Below are positions 34,783 to 46,267 of a stretch of 64,000 bases of DNA, one piece after another. This DNA comes from an uncultured Acidobacteriota bacterium (GTDB taxonomy: Bacteria > Acidobacteriota > UBA6911), in NCBI GenBank assembly GCA_963827655.1, contig CAWHCF010000020.1:96001-160000 (forward strand), written 5' to 3'. The notes under the pieces were generated by a model that saw nothing but the letters and a program-made list of their open reading frames with translations, made no database searches and was not told the origin of the DNA. Positions within the stretch are counted from its first letter, which is position 1, and each line of letters begins with the position of its first letter. A program made the translations under genes and the position numbers.

Positions 34783-35241
34783 TCAAGAGGGTTTGAAGCG
34801 CAGGACCAGGGCGACGCCCGCGGCGGCCAGCACCAGCCCCACATAGAACCAGATCTCAGGAGCTGACTTCGGCCGATGCCAGGCCATGCTGACGAAGGTG
34901 CTGACGATCGGAGCTCCGGCAAAGACCAGCGGAGGAACATAATTGGGCGTTCCGCCGAACTTCAGCGCGAGAATGATACAGAGCGCGCCCGCCGCCCCCA
35001 GCGTTCCACCGGCTATGGCGAAAACGGTCCCCCGGGTGTTGAATTCCATCGGCTCCATTCTAGCGGCCAGCAAAGCCAGCGGGACCAGGACCGCGGTCAG
35101 GAAATAGGCGATTCCGACGCAGAGGAAGGCGCGAATCGATCCCTTGTTCAGCGAATTCTGTCCTTCGTGCAGCACGGGGACATATGCTCCCCAGGACAGC
35201 ACGGCTCCGACGACAAAGACCAGCCACAAGTCCGACTTCAT
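34783..35241 (-). CDS. small DMT/EamA-like membrane protein
   Basis: Five TM segments; SWGAYVP.LH.G; GG.P.YVPPLVFAGAPIV. Confidence 0.65.
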   Translation of the reverse strand: MKSDLWLVFVVGAVLSWGAYVPVLHEGQNSLNKGSIRAFLCVGIAYFLTAVLVPLALLAARMEPMEFNTRGTVFAIAGGTLGAAGALCIILALKFGGTPNYVPPLVFAGAPIVSTFVSMAWHRPKSAPEIWFYVGLVLAAAGVALVLRFKPS

Positions 35242-35331
35242 GAGTTTTCTCCTTCAGCAAGGTTTTTCGAACCTCGTTCCGCCCTGGTGGTGAGTGCGTG
35301 AAAATTAAATCCACTCGCCGAGGCTCGAGGT

Positions 35332-37475
35332 CTACTGCACTTCGTACAGGTCGATGGATTTCCCCTGGAGGTACTTGTCGAACCAGTTCAGAATGTGCTG
35401 CAGTCTCTCGACCCGGTGCCACGGCTTTCCGGATCGTGAGAGTTCATGCGTCTCGTCCGGAAAGCGCACGAGGGCCGTTGGTTTTCTAAGATACTTGAGT
35501 GCGCGAAACATCACCTCGCCCCCTTCAGAGGGAGGCGTACGATAGTCGGTTTCCCCCTCGATAAACATGAGCGGCGTCGTCACCTTTGAGACGTGAGTGA
35601 TGGGCGACCGCGCCGCGAAATCTGCCGCATCCTGCCAGGGGGCGCCCCTGAACCAGGTTGGCGTGAAGAGCGTAAAATCGGCGGTGTACCAGAAACCGGC
35701 CCAGTCGGCGATCGAGCGTTGCGCTACCGCCGCTCGAAACCGGCTGGTCTGGGTGACGACCCAGTTGGTCAGCAGCCCGCCTCCACTGCCTCCCGTAACG
35801 CCCAGGCGCTCCGGATCGACATAACCTCGCTTGAGCACATCATCGACTCCGGCCATCAAGTCTTTAAAATCATCGCCCGGATAGCGGTATTGGATGATGT
35901 TTCCAAAGTCCTGCCCGTACGCCGAACTGCCGCGCGGATTTGTGTAGAGCACGACATATCCCTTGGCGGCCATCCAGTGAAACTCGTGGGTGAACGTGTG
36001 GCCGTAGGCCGCGTGAGGTCCTCCGTGAATCTCCAGGATCATGGGATATTTCTTGGCAGGGTTGAAATCCGGCGGCTTCTGAATCCACCCATGAATTTTC
36101 TTTCCATCGAAGCTGGTATACCAGATCTCCTCGGGTGCGCTCAGCTCCAGCTCGGAGAACAGGGAGTCGTTGAAGCGGGTGACCTGGGTCATTCTTCCCG
36201 TGGTGCCGTCCAGGAGGAAAAGATCGCCAATGCTGGTTGCGCTGGAAACCAGGACCGCCAGCTTGGAAGCGTTGGAACTCGCAGCGTAGGATACGATCTC
36301 ATGATCGCCCGTGGTAAAAGGATCGACCTTGCCCGAGATCGCATCGATACGGATAAGGTTAGCCCGGCCTTGCTCCGCGACAACTACGATCAACGTCGCC
36401 CATCTTTGTCCCAAATAACTCCACCGGACTGGTTGGCTCGCGGCGGATGCTGGTCGGCAGTCAGGCCGGAGCCGACATCGAAGTCGTACGTTGCAGTAAG
36501 ATTCCTCGGCGTTGCTCCTGCAATCGCATCTGCGACGAACAAATCGGGCTGGCTGTACGAGCGTGCCGGACGCCCGTTCGCAGTCCCCCGGAACGCAATG
36601 AGCTTCCCATCGGGGCTGAACGAGAAGTCGCCGATAGTGCCGTCGATGCTCAAGACCTTTTTCATCTCGCCGCCGCCCGATGGGATGGCGTAAATGTCAG
36701 TATCCGGCGGTTCGTAGTAAGACTCCTTCACTCGATTGGACGTGAAATAGATGTCTTTACCGTCCGGCGACCATGTGGGATTCGTCTCGTCGAAAGAGCC
36801 TGAAGTGAGTTGCTTCGGTTCGCCGCCTCCCGGAACCGCGACCCTCCAGATGTGCCTGCGGCGCTTCGGATCCAGATATCCGGCGTCGTTGAACCTGTAT
36901 ACGGCCTGAGTGATCACGCGGACGTCGCTCTGGCGTTCGGCGGAGGCTTCGCTCGCTGGGGCTTTTTTCTGGGCCAGGTCTTCCGCTGACGCGGAGCTGG
37001 TAAAGGCAATCGACTTTCCGTCGGGAGACCACCGATGAGATCCTGCGCCTCTCGGTATCTCGGTTAGAGATTGTGCCTCGCCGCCGCTGGCCGGTATCAA
37101 GTAGAGCTGCGCCGGCTGGATCTTCCCTTCCTTTTCGACCGCGCGAAGAAAGGCGATCTGTTTCCCGTCGGGAGACCAGCGCGGCGAAAGGTCATGGGGT
37201 CCGGCCGTGAACTGGCGTGCCTCACCTCCCTCAACCGGGACGGTCCACAATGCAGTCTCGTAGCGGTCTCGCTTCGGGTTGACCGATACCCGTACGAAGG
37301 CAATGCGGGAGCCGTCCGGAGAGAGCTGCGGGTCCGCAATCCACACAAAGCGGAACAAATCCTTTTCGGTTATCGAACGCTTTGCGCCGCTGAAGGCGCG
37401 CGGCTCGAATATTCCGCCAGTCGAGGCAATTGCCGCAATGATCCAGAATAAAGTGCCATACCGTATGCGATTCAT
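35332..37475 (-). CDS. S9 family peptidase (acylaminoacyl/dipeptidyl), frameshift ~36395
   Basis: WSPDG repeats; EIHGGPH; GVTGGSGGG catalytic Ser; ETDYR; ETHELSRSG. Confidence 0.9.
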
Positions 37476-37624
37476 CCGGCGCTCCTTGGTTTTGACATAT
37501 ACTATCAACGACCAGGACGCGGCGACACATAGTTTTGGGTCTAACCGCCAGGACGCGAAGACGCAAAGAGTACTTCTTCGCGTCTTTGTGTCTTGGGCGG
37601 TGGTGTTACACGAAGGATTACAAA

Positions 37625-38612
37625 ATGAATTTGCGCGATCTTGTAATTGTCGGGGGAGGACCGGCGGGCCTGGCCGCAGCTATTGCTGCGCAAAAAGCGG
37701 GACTGGACTACCAGGTGCTTGAAAAAGGAGTACTGGTGAATTCGATCTTTCATTTTCCCAGGGACATGGTTTTTTTCACCACGCCGGAGTTGCTGGAAAT
37801 CGGTGCCCTCCCGTTCACCACCCCTTACCAGAAGCCCACGCGCGCCGAGGCTTTGCGCTACTACCGGCGCGTCACCGACGCTTACCAGTTGCGCGTCTCT
37901 CTGGGCGAGCAGGTGATCACCATCGAACGCCAGGAATAAGGACGTATTCGCTATCGAGACGCGTTCCAGCAATGGGAGCCGGGGGGTTCACTACGCGCGC
38001 ACCGTCGTGATGGCAATCGGATACTACGATCATCCCAACCGGCTCGAAATCCCGGGGGAAGACTTGCCTCATGTGCGCCACTACTACAGCGAGCCGCATC
38101 CCTTCTATCGGAAGCAAGTCGTGATTGTCGGAGGCAAGAATTCGGCGGCGGAAGCCGCCCTGGAGCTGTTTCGTGCCGGCGCCCAGGTTACACTGGTGCA
38201 CCGCGGCAGCCAGCTGGGAGAGTCGATCAAGTATTGGGTTCGCCCTGATATCGAGAACCGTATCAAGGAAGGATCAATCCGGGGCCGTTTCGGTACCAGA
38301 GTCCGCGAGATCCGTCCCGAGTGCGTCATCGTTGAATCCAACGGGAACCGCGATGAGCTGCCGGCGCAGGGGGTCTTTCTGCTGACGGGTTACCACCCCG
38401 ATGGCGAACTGCTGAGGCGGGCCGGCGTCGAAGTGAATGAGGAGACGTTTGTGCCCACGCACAATCCTGAGACGCTGGAAACAAACGTTCCCGGTTTGTA
38501 CCTGGCAGGCGCGGTCGTGACGGGAAAGGAAACCAATCGAGTTTTCATAGAAAATGGCCGGTTTCACGGTGATTCCGTCGTTGCAGTCATACGCGCGCGG
38601 TTGGGTCGATAG
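37625..38612 (+). CDS. ypdA: YpdA-family putative bacillithiol disulfide reductase, frameshift ~37940
   Basis: IVGGGPAGL, LVNSI..FP..M.FFTTPELLEIG, KPTR.EAL.YYR, IVGGKNSA, IKYWVRPDIENRI, FIENGRFHG. Confidence 0.85.
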
Positions 38613-38701
38613 TCTGCTTATCGCAAAGACGCGGAACTACGGAAACGATGAAACGATATGGATTCTTTTGTCAGTAATAGGCAGTAATAAGGAGCGACAA
38701 G

Positions 38702-41102
38702 ATGGCTCAACTCCGCGTAAGATTTCCAGCGAAGCTGGTCGTTGTGGTCCTGTTACCTTTCATTCTCCCCGGCACCTTTTCTGCGCAGCGTGACCGCGAG
38801 ATCGAGCTGTTCGTCGAGTCCTTGAACAGCCAGGGCGTCGCTGCAACAACGGGGGATCCCAGGCTGCTTCGCACCCGATTCGTCGATGTAAATCTTGATC
38901 TGCTCGCGTCACAGGTCGAGCGTGTGCCGGGAAGATCCGTGGAAGTTCAAAACATCCGCCTCAATCTGTTTGATGATACCTCCTTCACCGCGGTACCCGA
39001 TCGCATCGAAGCCACGGGGACGGACAGCTTCGCCTGGACCGGCCACCTGCAGGGCGTTGAACCGAGTGGCGTCTCTCTTGTGGTTAGAGATGGAGTTCTG
39101 GCGGGCAACGTCTCCATCCCTGGAACATCCTACGAGGTGCGTTACGAGGAAAGCGGAGTCTACTCCATTAACCAGATTGACCCGGCCGCCTTTCCGCCGG
39201 AAGCTCCGCCGATTCCCGTTCATACGCCGTCCACCCTCCCCACGATCGCGGGAGACGACGGCTCCATCGTCGATGTAATGGTGGTCTACACCACGACCGC
39301 GCGGCTGGCCGCGGGGGGAACCGGCGCGATGAACGCGCTCATCGCTCTGGCGGTGAGCGAGTCGAATACCGGTTATGCCAACAGCAACGTCACCCAGCGG
39401 CTGCGTCTGGTCCACACGGCGGAGGTCGAATACAGCGAAGCTGGATTCAATTGGACTACAACGCTGAATCGACTGACCAACACCGCCGACGGCTTCATGG
39501 ATGAGGTTCACTCCCTCCGCGACACTCATGGTGCGGATGCCGTTGTGCTGATTGTCAACGACACGGCCTTCTGTGGACAGGCCTGGTTGATGACCACCGT
39601 TTCCGATGGCTTCAAGACTTTTGCTTTTTCTCTGGTATCCCGCATATGCGCGGCGGGGAATTACAGCTTTGCCCACGAACTGGGCCACAACATGGGCTCA
39701 CACCATGACCGCGCCAATGCCTCCGGACCGGCGGCTTTTCCTTATTCCTATGGGTACCAGGCGCCGGACAACGCCTTTCGGACCATCATGGCGTACAACT
39801 GTGGAGGGACGGGTTGCCCGCGCGTCAACTACTGGTCCAATCCGGAGGTGCTGTTCAACGGCCAGCCAATGGGGGTCGATCAGACCCTCCCTAATTCGGC
39901 CGACAATCGCCGCTCCCTGAATAGCACAGCCTTCACGGTTGCCAACTGGAGGGACAGCGCCCCCACCACGGCCAAGGCACAAATCACAAGTCCGCAGCAG
40001 GGTTCGACGCTGATCTCGTCAACCGTGGCGTTTTCGTGGAACACAGGGAGCGGGGTCGCACAGTACTGGTTAGACGTGGGAACAACACTGGGCGGTATCC
40101 AGATCTATACCCAGTCGCGGGGGACCAACCTGTCGGCGACCGTTGCCGGGCTCCCGACAAATGCGAGCACCGTGTACGTCCGGCTCTGGTCGCTGATCGG
40201 CGACGCATGGCAGTTCAATGACTATACCTACACGGCCTCGGGCGGCGCGGGTGTCAAGGCTCAGATAACCAGTCCGGCGCCTGGCACGACTTTGCCGTTC
40301 GTCAACCGTGACGTTCGTCTGGAACACTGGAAGCGGAGTAGCCGAGTACTGGTTGGACATCGGGACGAGCGCTGGCGGCAGCGCAGATCTACACCCAGTC
40401 GCAGGGGACCAACCTGTCGGCGACGGTTTCCGGGCTGCCGGCAAACGGGAGCACGGTGTACGTCCGGCTCTGGTCGCTGATCAGCGGCGCATGGCAATTC
40501 AATGACTATACCTACACTGCGCCCTCAGGAGGAGCCGGCGTCCGGGCGCAGATCACAAGTCCGGCGCCGGGCTCAACCCTGGGGTTGTCGACCGTGACGT
40601 TCGTGTGGAACACCGGCAGCGGAGTAGCGGAGTATTGGTTGGACATCGGGACGACCGCCGGCGGCGCTCAGATCTACACCCAGCCGCAGGGGACCAACCT
40701 GTCGGCAACGGTTGCCGGGCTGCCAGCCGACGGGAGCACGGTTTACGTCCGCCTGTGGTCGCGGATCAGCGGTGCATGGCAGTTCAATGACTATACCTAT
40801 ACGGCGACATCCGGAGGGGCTAGCGTCAATGCGGCCATCACGAGTCCCGTTCCCGGATCGACATTGACGTCGTCAACCGTGACGTTCGTCTGGAATACGG
40901 GCTCCGGAGTATCGGAGTATTGGTTGGACATCGGGACGACTTTGCCGGCTACCAGATCTACACCCAGTCGCAGGGAACAAATCTCTCGGTGACGGTTTCC
41001 CCGCTGCCTGTGAACGGGAGCACGCTATACGTGCGGATGTGGTCAAAGATCAGCGGCGTCTGGCAATTCAACGACTACGTCTACATCGCCGCCACACAAT
41101 GA
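38702..41102 (+). CDS. secreted reprolysin-like (M12B) zinc metallopeptidase with four C-terminal ~93-aa repeats; three frameshifts
   Basis: HELGHNMGSHH zinc motif; FRTIMAY Met-turn; repeats AQITSP.PG.TL...VTF.WNTGSGV.EYWLDIGT...YVRLWS.ISGAWQFNDYTY. Confidence 0.85.
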
Positions 41103-41111
41103 AAGAAGCTT

Positions 41112-43106
41112 GTGTTTCTTCGTGTCTTCGTGGTAGGGCTGCGGACCCAATACCATAAGACGCGAAGCACGAAGCAACACCAAGAATCTTTGCCAAGAAG
41201 CAGGAATGGAAATCGTAAATCGTCAATCGTAAATCGTCAATCGAATGATTGTCCTCTGCCGCTAGACCGAGTCTATCTTGCTCACACCCTTGCCGAGCCC
41301 GCCTTTGGAGACTCGCCTGATGACCTTTTCTACGTCAAGACGGCCGATGGCAGGCGAAGCATTGTCCGCCAATCAGCCGCCACAGGTCTGGCAAGCGTGA
41401 TCACGACGGAGCCGATGCCCAAGGGAGGAATCGGCTACGGCGGAGGGATTTTCCATGTAAGAGGCAGTTGCCTGGTCTATGCCGCCGAAGACGGAAGATT
41501 ACATCAAGTCGACTTGCAGACCGGCCGTCAACAGGCCATCACGCCCCCTGCTGAGGGAGTAGCCGCGCCCGTGATTTCGCCTTGCGGGAAATTTGTCGCT
41601 TTTCTCTGCGAGGAAGAAGACAGGTGCAACGTCTTGTTGGCCGAGCTGGGCGGCAAGGCCCTGCCAGTCAAGCTTTCGGATGACCCCTGGTACGCGTTTA
41701 ACCCGGCATTCTCAACCGACGGCCGTTGGATCGCGTGGCAAGAGTGGAACGAAATGGACATGCCCTGGGACGAATCAAGGTTGCAAATTGTTCGTCTTGC
41801 CCGGCCGGTGCACGACTGCATCGCGGCGCACCAGGTGTTTCCGCTGAACGCGACCACAATTTCCAAGCCGGGAGTCAGCTTTTCCTCGCCGCAGTTCAGT
41901 CCTGACGGAAAATTCCTCGCCTTCACGAGTGACGAAACCGGCTGGCGGTCACTCTGGGTGGCCGGCGCGGACGGATCCAATGCTGTGCGGCTGGAGACCG
42001 GGGAGGGAGAAATCGGCCGGCCGGATTGGATCCCGGGTTTGATATCCATGCGGTGGAGCGGAGACAGCCGGTCGATCTACACCGTCAGACGTCATGAAAG
42101 CCGGGACGCGATCCTGCGGGTGACGTGGCCGGACAGGAAAGTGACGGTGCTTGACACACAATGGACCGAGGTGTCCGGACTGAACGTCCTCCAGGATGCA
42201 TTAGGTTTCATAGGAGCGAGAGGCACGACTCCGCCCGCTCTCGTGACCCTTGACGGAAAGGGGAGCACCGAATGCGTCAGGGCCACCGGCGGTGTGGGCA
42301 TAATCGATGGGTCGTCTCTTTCCGAACCCAAGGTCATTTCATGGAAGACCGTTGGAGGCACAACCACCTGGGGCATTCTCTACCCCGCCCGAACAGCGGG
42401 GCCTGCCGGCGAGCCGCGCCCGTTGATTGTCTTCGTTCACGGCGGCCCGACTTCCGATAAAGCGATGACGTGGGACCCGCAAGCGCAGTATTTTGCTACT
42501 CGCGGCTGGCACTACCTCGTCGTCAATTATCGGGGTAGCAGCGGCTTTGGACGGAAATATCAAGACTCGCTCAACGGAGAGTGGGGCGTGCTGGATGTGC
42601 AGGATGCGCGATCGGGCGCCATCAACCTGGTTGATTCGGGACACGTGGACCCGGCGCGCGCCGTCATAATGGGCGGGAGTGCCGGAGGCTATACCACCCT
42701 CATGGCGCTGACGCTCGATCCGGACTTCTGGGCTGCCGGAGTCTCATTTTACGGCATCGGGAACATGTATGAGGTCAAGCAAGGTTCCCACCGTTTCGAG
42801 GTGAACTACGAGGAAAGACTCATCGGCAGACTTCCGGAGGCCGGCGCGCTGTGGAAGGAGCGTTCGCCTCTGACCCACGTCAAGAACGTGCGCGCGCCGG
42901 TGCTGTTATTTCACGGCACGGAAGACAAAGCCGTGCCCTACCAGCAATCCGTGGAGTTTGCCGAGGCTGTCCGGCGCAATGGAGGTATCGCCGACCTGGT
43001 CTCTTACCAGGGTGAAGGACACGGCTTCGTCAAGGAAGCAAACCGCCGGGATTTGATCGAGCAGATCGAAAAATTCTTGAACAAGTACGTGATCTGCCAG
43101 CAATGA
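41112..43106 (+). CDS. S9 family peptidase (true start probably ~41250)
   Basis: VHGGPT, NYRGSSGFGR, IMGGSAGGY, GTEDKAV, GEGHGF; the 5' part of the ORF runs through repeats. Confidence 0.88.
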   Translation: MFLRVFVVGLRTQYHKTRSTKQHQESLPRSRNGNRKSSIVNRQSNDCPLPLDRVYLAHTLAEPAFGDSPDDLFYVKTADGRRSIVRQSAATGLASVITTEPMPKGGIGYGGGIFHVRGSCLVYAAEDGRLHQVDLQTGRQQAITPPAEGVAAPVISPCGKFVAFLCEEEDRCNVLLAELGGKALPVKLSDDPWYAFNPAFSTDGRWIAWQEWNEMDMPWDESRLQIVRLARPVHDCIAAHQVFPLNATTISKPGVSFSSPQFSPDGKFLAFTSDETGWRSLWVAGADGSNAVRLETGEGEIGRPDWIPGLISMRWSGDSRSIYTVRRHESRDAILRVTWPDRKVTVLDTQWTEVSGLNVLQDALGFIGARGTTPPALVTLDGKGSTECVRATGGVGIIDGSSLSEPKVISWKTVGGTTTWGILYPARTAGPAGEPRPLIVFVHGGPTSDKAMTWDPQAQYFATRGWHYLVVNYRGSSGFGRKYQDSLNGEWGVLDVQDARSGAINLVDSGHVDPARAVIMGGSAGGYTTLMALTLDPDFWAAGVSFYGIGNMYEVKQGSHRFEVNYEERLIGRLPEAGALWKERSPLTHVKNVRAPVLLFHGTEDKAVPYQQSVEFAEAVRRNGGIADLVSYQGEGHGFVKEANRRDLIEQIEKFLNKYVICQQ

Positions 43107-43245
43107 TCGTAGCTACTTCCTGTCAGCGAAAAGCCGGTGACGGGCACCAGATTACGGACACAGCGGGTGAAGGAAAAAGCCGATCCACGAAATTCGACGA
43201 CAGGGTTCAGAGTATATCTAGCACCGTGCAGGGGGACGAAGAGTG

Positions 43246-43734
43246 TCACGCCGCCTTGAATGCCCCGTGCAGCCGGTAGGTGCCCCAGGCAATCAGAAGA
43301 GAGGCGTCGCTTCCGGACTTCTCGAGAGTAATCTTGAGAGTGTCGATCGGCTTGTTTTCCTTCATGAAATGCAGAGGCGTCTCGACCACGACCGAAGCCG
43401 GATCCGGCTTGGCGCCGGTCGAAACCAGCAAGTTCCAATTCTTCTTTTCATCGGGTCGGGCGAAGAGAATGTACTTCCCGGGAGCCAATTTCTTGCCTGC
43501 GAAATCCAATGCCACGGACGTTTCGAGCGTCGTGGGATCGTCCATCCCCAGCCGCCACGTACTCCCGGGCTTGATCATTTCGTCTATATTGCGTCCCTTC
43601 AGCTTCGGGGTGCCATATTCAATTTTGACCTTGCCCTTGCCCAGCTCAACGGAGGCCGAGTCTCTGGTATGCTCATGCGCCATCAGGCCCGCGGTGATGA
43701 AACAGATCGAGACAATTACGAATGCGCGTTTCAT
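43246..43734 (-). CDS. DUF2911 domain protein
   Basis: Signal peptide; IEYG.P.LKGR, WRLG.D.PT, LAPGKY.LF. Confidence 0.82.
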   Translation of the reverse strand: MKRAFVIVSICFITAGLMAHEHTRDSASVELGKGKVKIEYGTPKLKGRNIDEMIKPGSTWRLGMDDPTTLETSVALDFAGKKLAPGKYILFARPDEKKNWNLLVSTGAKPDPASVVVETPLHFMKENKPIDTLKITLEKSGSDASLLIAWGTYRLHGAFKAA

Positions 43735-43793
43735 TTTTATCCCTCCTGGATTCTTGGTGTTTCTTCGTGTCTTCGTGCCTTGGTGGTATTTGT

Positions 43794-44576
43794 TTACTTC
43801 TTCGCGGACTGCACCCATTGAATGAATGGGAGGATCGCGGCGAGTTCCTCATCACTGTAACTGCGCGCGACCGCCTCGTGCCGCCAGTTGCTTCCCTCGG
43901 CCAGAGACCGAATTTCCGGTCTCGAGAGCGTGCGCAACACGGGCAGCTCGGTCGTAAGATCGTACAGCTGTATGAATTCATCCTTCTGTCCCGCTCTCAA
44001 CGCCGGAAAGGTATCGCCGTCGCTTAGCCGGGCAGTCAGCACGTGCTTCGGAGACTTGCTGCGCGCGGCGGCGATGAAATCCGGCGCTTTCCCGGACGCC
44101 AGGGTCAACAAGTCGGGACCGATTGCAGCTCCCCGGCCGCCGAGAGCGTGACAGCTGCCGCAGCGCGGGGTGCGCGTGGCTTCGAAAAACAGATCCTGGC
44201 CGCGCCTGGCTGCCGGCGGTCCGGCAAATTCGGCCAGGGTTGCCGGACCTTCGCCGGGAGGCATCGGGTTTGAAGGCGGGACCAAATCAGAAGCTGAGGC
44301 CAGACCCATGATGTAGTCCACGACCGCCGCGATCTCCTGGTCGGAAAGGCGTCCCTTCCATCCGGGCATGGCCGAATCGGGAATGCCGTCGCGCGTTACC
44401 TTTTCGACGTAGCTGCGCTCGAGCTTGCGTCCACGCAGACGGGGACCGCGCCCGGCAGATCCGGCGACTCCATGGCAATATCCCACCGAGCAGCTCTGGG
44501 CGAAGATTCGTTCGCCGTTCGGATTCACTTCTTGTCCCACGCTGCTCCCGAAGATGAACAGAAGGAGCCACATCAC
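43794..44576 (-). CDS. diheme c-type cytochrome
   Basis: CSVGYCH (CX4CH) with GPRL...MP; second heme CGSCH...GPDL; overlaps the upstream stop. Confidence 0.78.
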   Translation of the reverse strand: MMWLLLFIFGSSVGQEVNPNGERIFAQSCSVGYCHGVAGSAGRGPRLRGRKLERSYVEKVTRDGIPDSAMPGWKGRLSDQEIAAVVDYIMGLASASDLVPPSNPMPPGEGPATLAEFAGPPAARRGQDLFFEATRTPRCGSCHALGGRGAAIGPDLLTLASGKAPDFIAAARSKSPKHVLTARLSDGDTFPALRAGQKDEFIQLYDLTTELPVLRTLSRPEIRSLAEGSNWRHEAVARSYSDEELAAILPFIQWVQSAKK

Positions 44577-46240
44577 TGACCACCTTCAGGAACGGCAAAG
44601 ACGAACATCGTCGAGCCGGTACGAAACTTTTCCGTCTCCGGCCAGAGCTGGGGTAGAAGCCCGGCTAATGCGGAACCCCAGCCGGAAGGAACGGCTATGT
44701 ACTGCTTTCCCTTGACCGAATACGAAATCGGGGCGCCGCGAAGCCCGGAGCCCGTCTGAAAGCTCCAGAGCTTCTCACCCGTGCGCGCGTCGAGGGCAAA
44801 GAAATAACCTTCGGGATCTCCGGTAAAGACCAGGTCGCCGGCTGTCGCTAGAATCGACGCGAGCAGCGGATATTTCGAGCGGTAAGTCCAGAATTTCTTT
44901 CCGGTGACGGGGTCATATGCATCCAGGTGGCCATAGGCCTTGCCCGACGGGGGATGTTTCAGCTGGAAGATGCCGCCAAAAAAATTCATGCCTTCCTTGG
45001 GTTGCTCTTTTTGAACGGTAACCTCCTGGCACCATTCGATCCCGTGCGTGAAATACCGGCCAAGCTTGGCAGAGTAAGCCCCCTGGTTCCACTGCCGCCC
45101 TCCTCCGATGCTCGGACAGATCAAACTGGGAACGCCGATCGCCGGCTCATTGCGTCCTACGAGCTCGCCCTTTTCATTTACTCCCTTGATCCAGTTGATC
45201 GTTTCTGCGACCGGCCAGGCGGAAACGAATTCTCCATTGGTGCGATCTACGACGAAGGTGTACCCCCCCTTGTTGGTATTCAGGAGCAGCTTGCGAGGCT
45301 TTCCCTTCACCGGAAGGTCGAGCAGGACGCATTCGTAAGCCGAATCCCAGTCCCAGACATCGTGCGGTACCTGCTGGAAGTACCAAGCGAGCTTTCCGGT
45401 ATCCGGATCCAGCGCGACCACGCTGTCAGTGTACAGGTTGGCTCCCCGGCGTGAATCGCCGTAGAAGTCGGCGGCTGGATTGCCGATCCCCCAATAGATC
45501 AGATTGAGCTCGGGGTCGTAGGAGCCGGTCATCCAGCTCGAGCCGCCGCCGTATTTCCAGCTATCTCCGCTCCAGGTCTCGTGTCCTTTCTCTCCCGGTC
45601 CCGGGATGGTCCAGAATCGCCACGCGAGCCGGCCGGTCCGGACATCGAAGGCCGTAATGTAGCCTCGGTGAGCGGAGTCGCCGGCGGTGACGCCGACGAT
45701 GACTTTGTCCTTTACCACCAGAGGGGCTCCCGTGATGTTGCAGCCGCACTGGCGCATGTCTTCGACGTTCACCTTCCACAGCTCGCGGCCGGTCTTCTGA
45801 TCCAGGGCGACCAGGGAATTGTCGAGTGTTCCCGTGAAGACGCGGCCGCCGGCGACCGCCACGCCCCGGTTCCAGGGGCTATAGATGATCCCGACCTGGC
45901 GCGGGTTCTCGTAGTAGTAGTGCCAGAGCTCGGCGCCGGTTGCGGCATCCAGCGCAAAGACGCGGTTCCACGAGGACGTGAGATACATCACCCCATCGAG
46001 CACGATCGGGGTGCCCTGCAGCCCTCCGTCCACGACGCCCGTCTGAAACGCCCAGACCGGGGCGAGTTGCTTTACATTGCCTCGGCTGATCTGATCGAGC
46101 GTGCTGTAACGCCAGAACCGGTAGCTGCCGCCGTATTGCGGCCAGTTGGCGCCGGTGCCGCCGTCTTGAGCCGCGCCTCCGGCGCTCGACAGAAGCACCA
46201 GAAGGATCGGCATCACCTTGTTGCTTTTGAAGGTTCTCAT
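44573..46240 (-). CDS. PQQ-dependent dehydrogenase (methanol/ethanol family)
   Basis: WPQYGG, TPIV.DGVMY, ALD..TG..LW repeats, YDPELNLIYWG.GNP, PHDVWDWD, G.QYIAV. Confidence 0.92.
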   Translation of the reverse strand: MRTFKSNKVMPILLVLLSSAGGAAQDGGTGANWPQYGGSYRFWRYSTLDQISRGNVKQLAPVWAFQTGVVDGGLQGTPIVLDGVMYLTSSWNRVFALDAATGAELWHYYYENPRQVGIIYSPWNRGVAVAGGRVFTGTLDNSLVALDQKTGRELWKVNVEDMRQCGCNITGAPLVVKDKVIVGVTAGDSAHRGYITAFDVRTGRLAWRFWTIPGPGEKGHETWSGDSWKYGGGSSWMTGSYDPELNLIYWGIGNPAADFYGDSRRGANLYTDSVVALDPDTGKLAWYFQQVPHDVWDWDSAYECVLLDLPVKGKPRKLLLNTNKGGYTFVVDRTNGEFVSAWPVAETINWIKGVNEKGELVGRNEPAIGVPSLICPSIGGGRQWNQGAYSAKLGRYFTHGIEWCQEVTVQKEQPKEGMNFFGGIFQLKHPPSGKAYGHLDAYDPVTGKKFWTYRSKYPLLASILATAGDLVFTGDPEGYFFALDARTGEKLWSFQTGSGLRGAPISYSVKGKQYIAVPSGWGSALAGLLPQLWPETEKFRTGSTMFVFAVPEGGQ

Positions 46241-46267
46241 AGTTGATTGCTGTGGCTCCCCCTCCGG

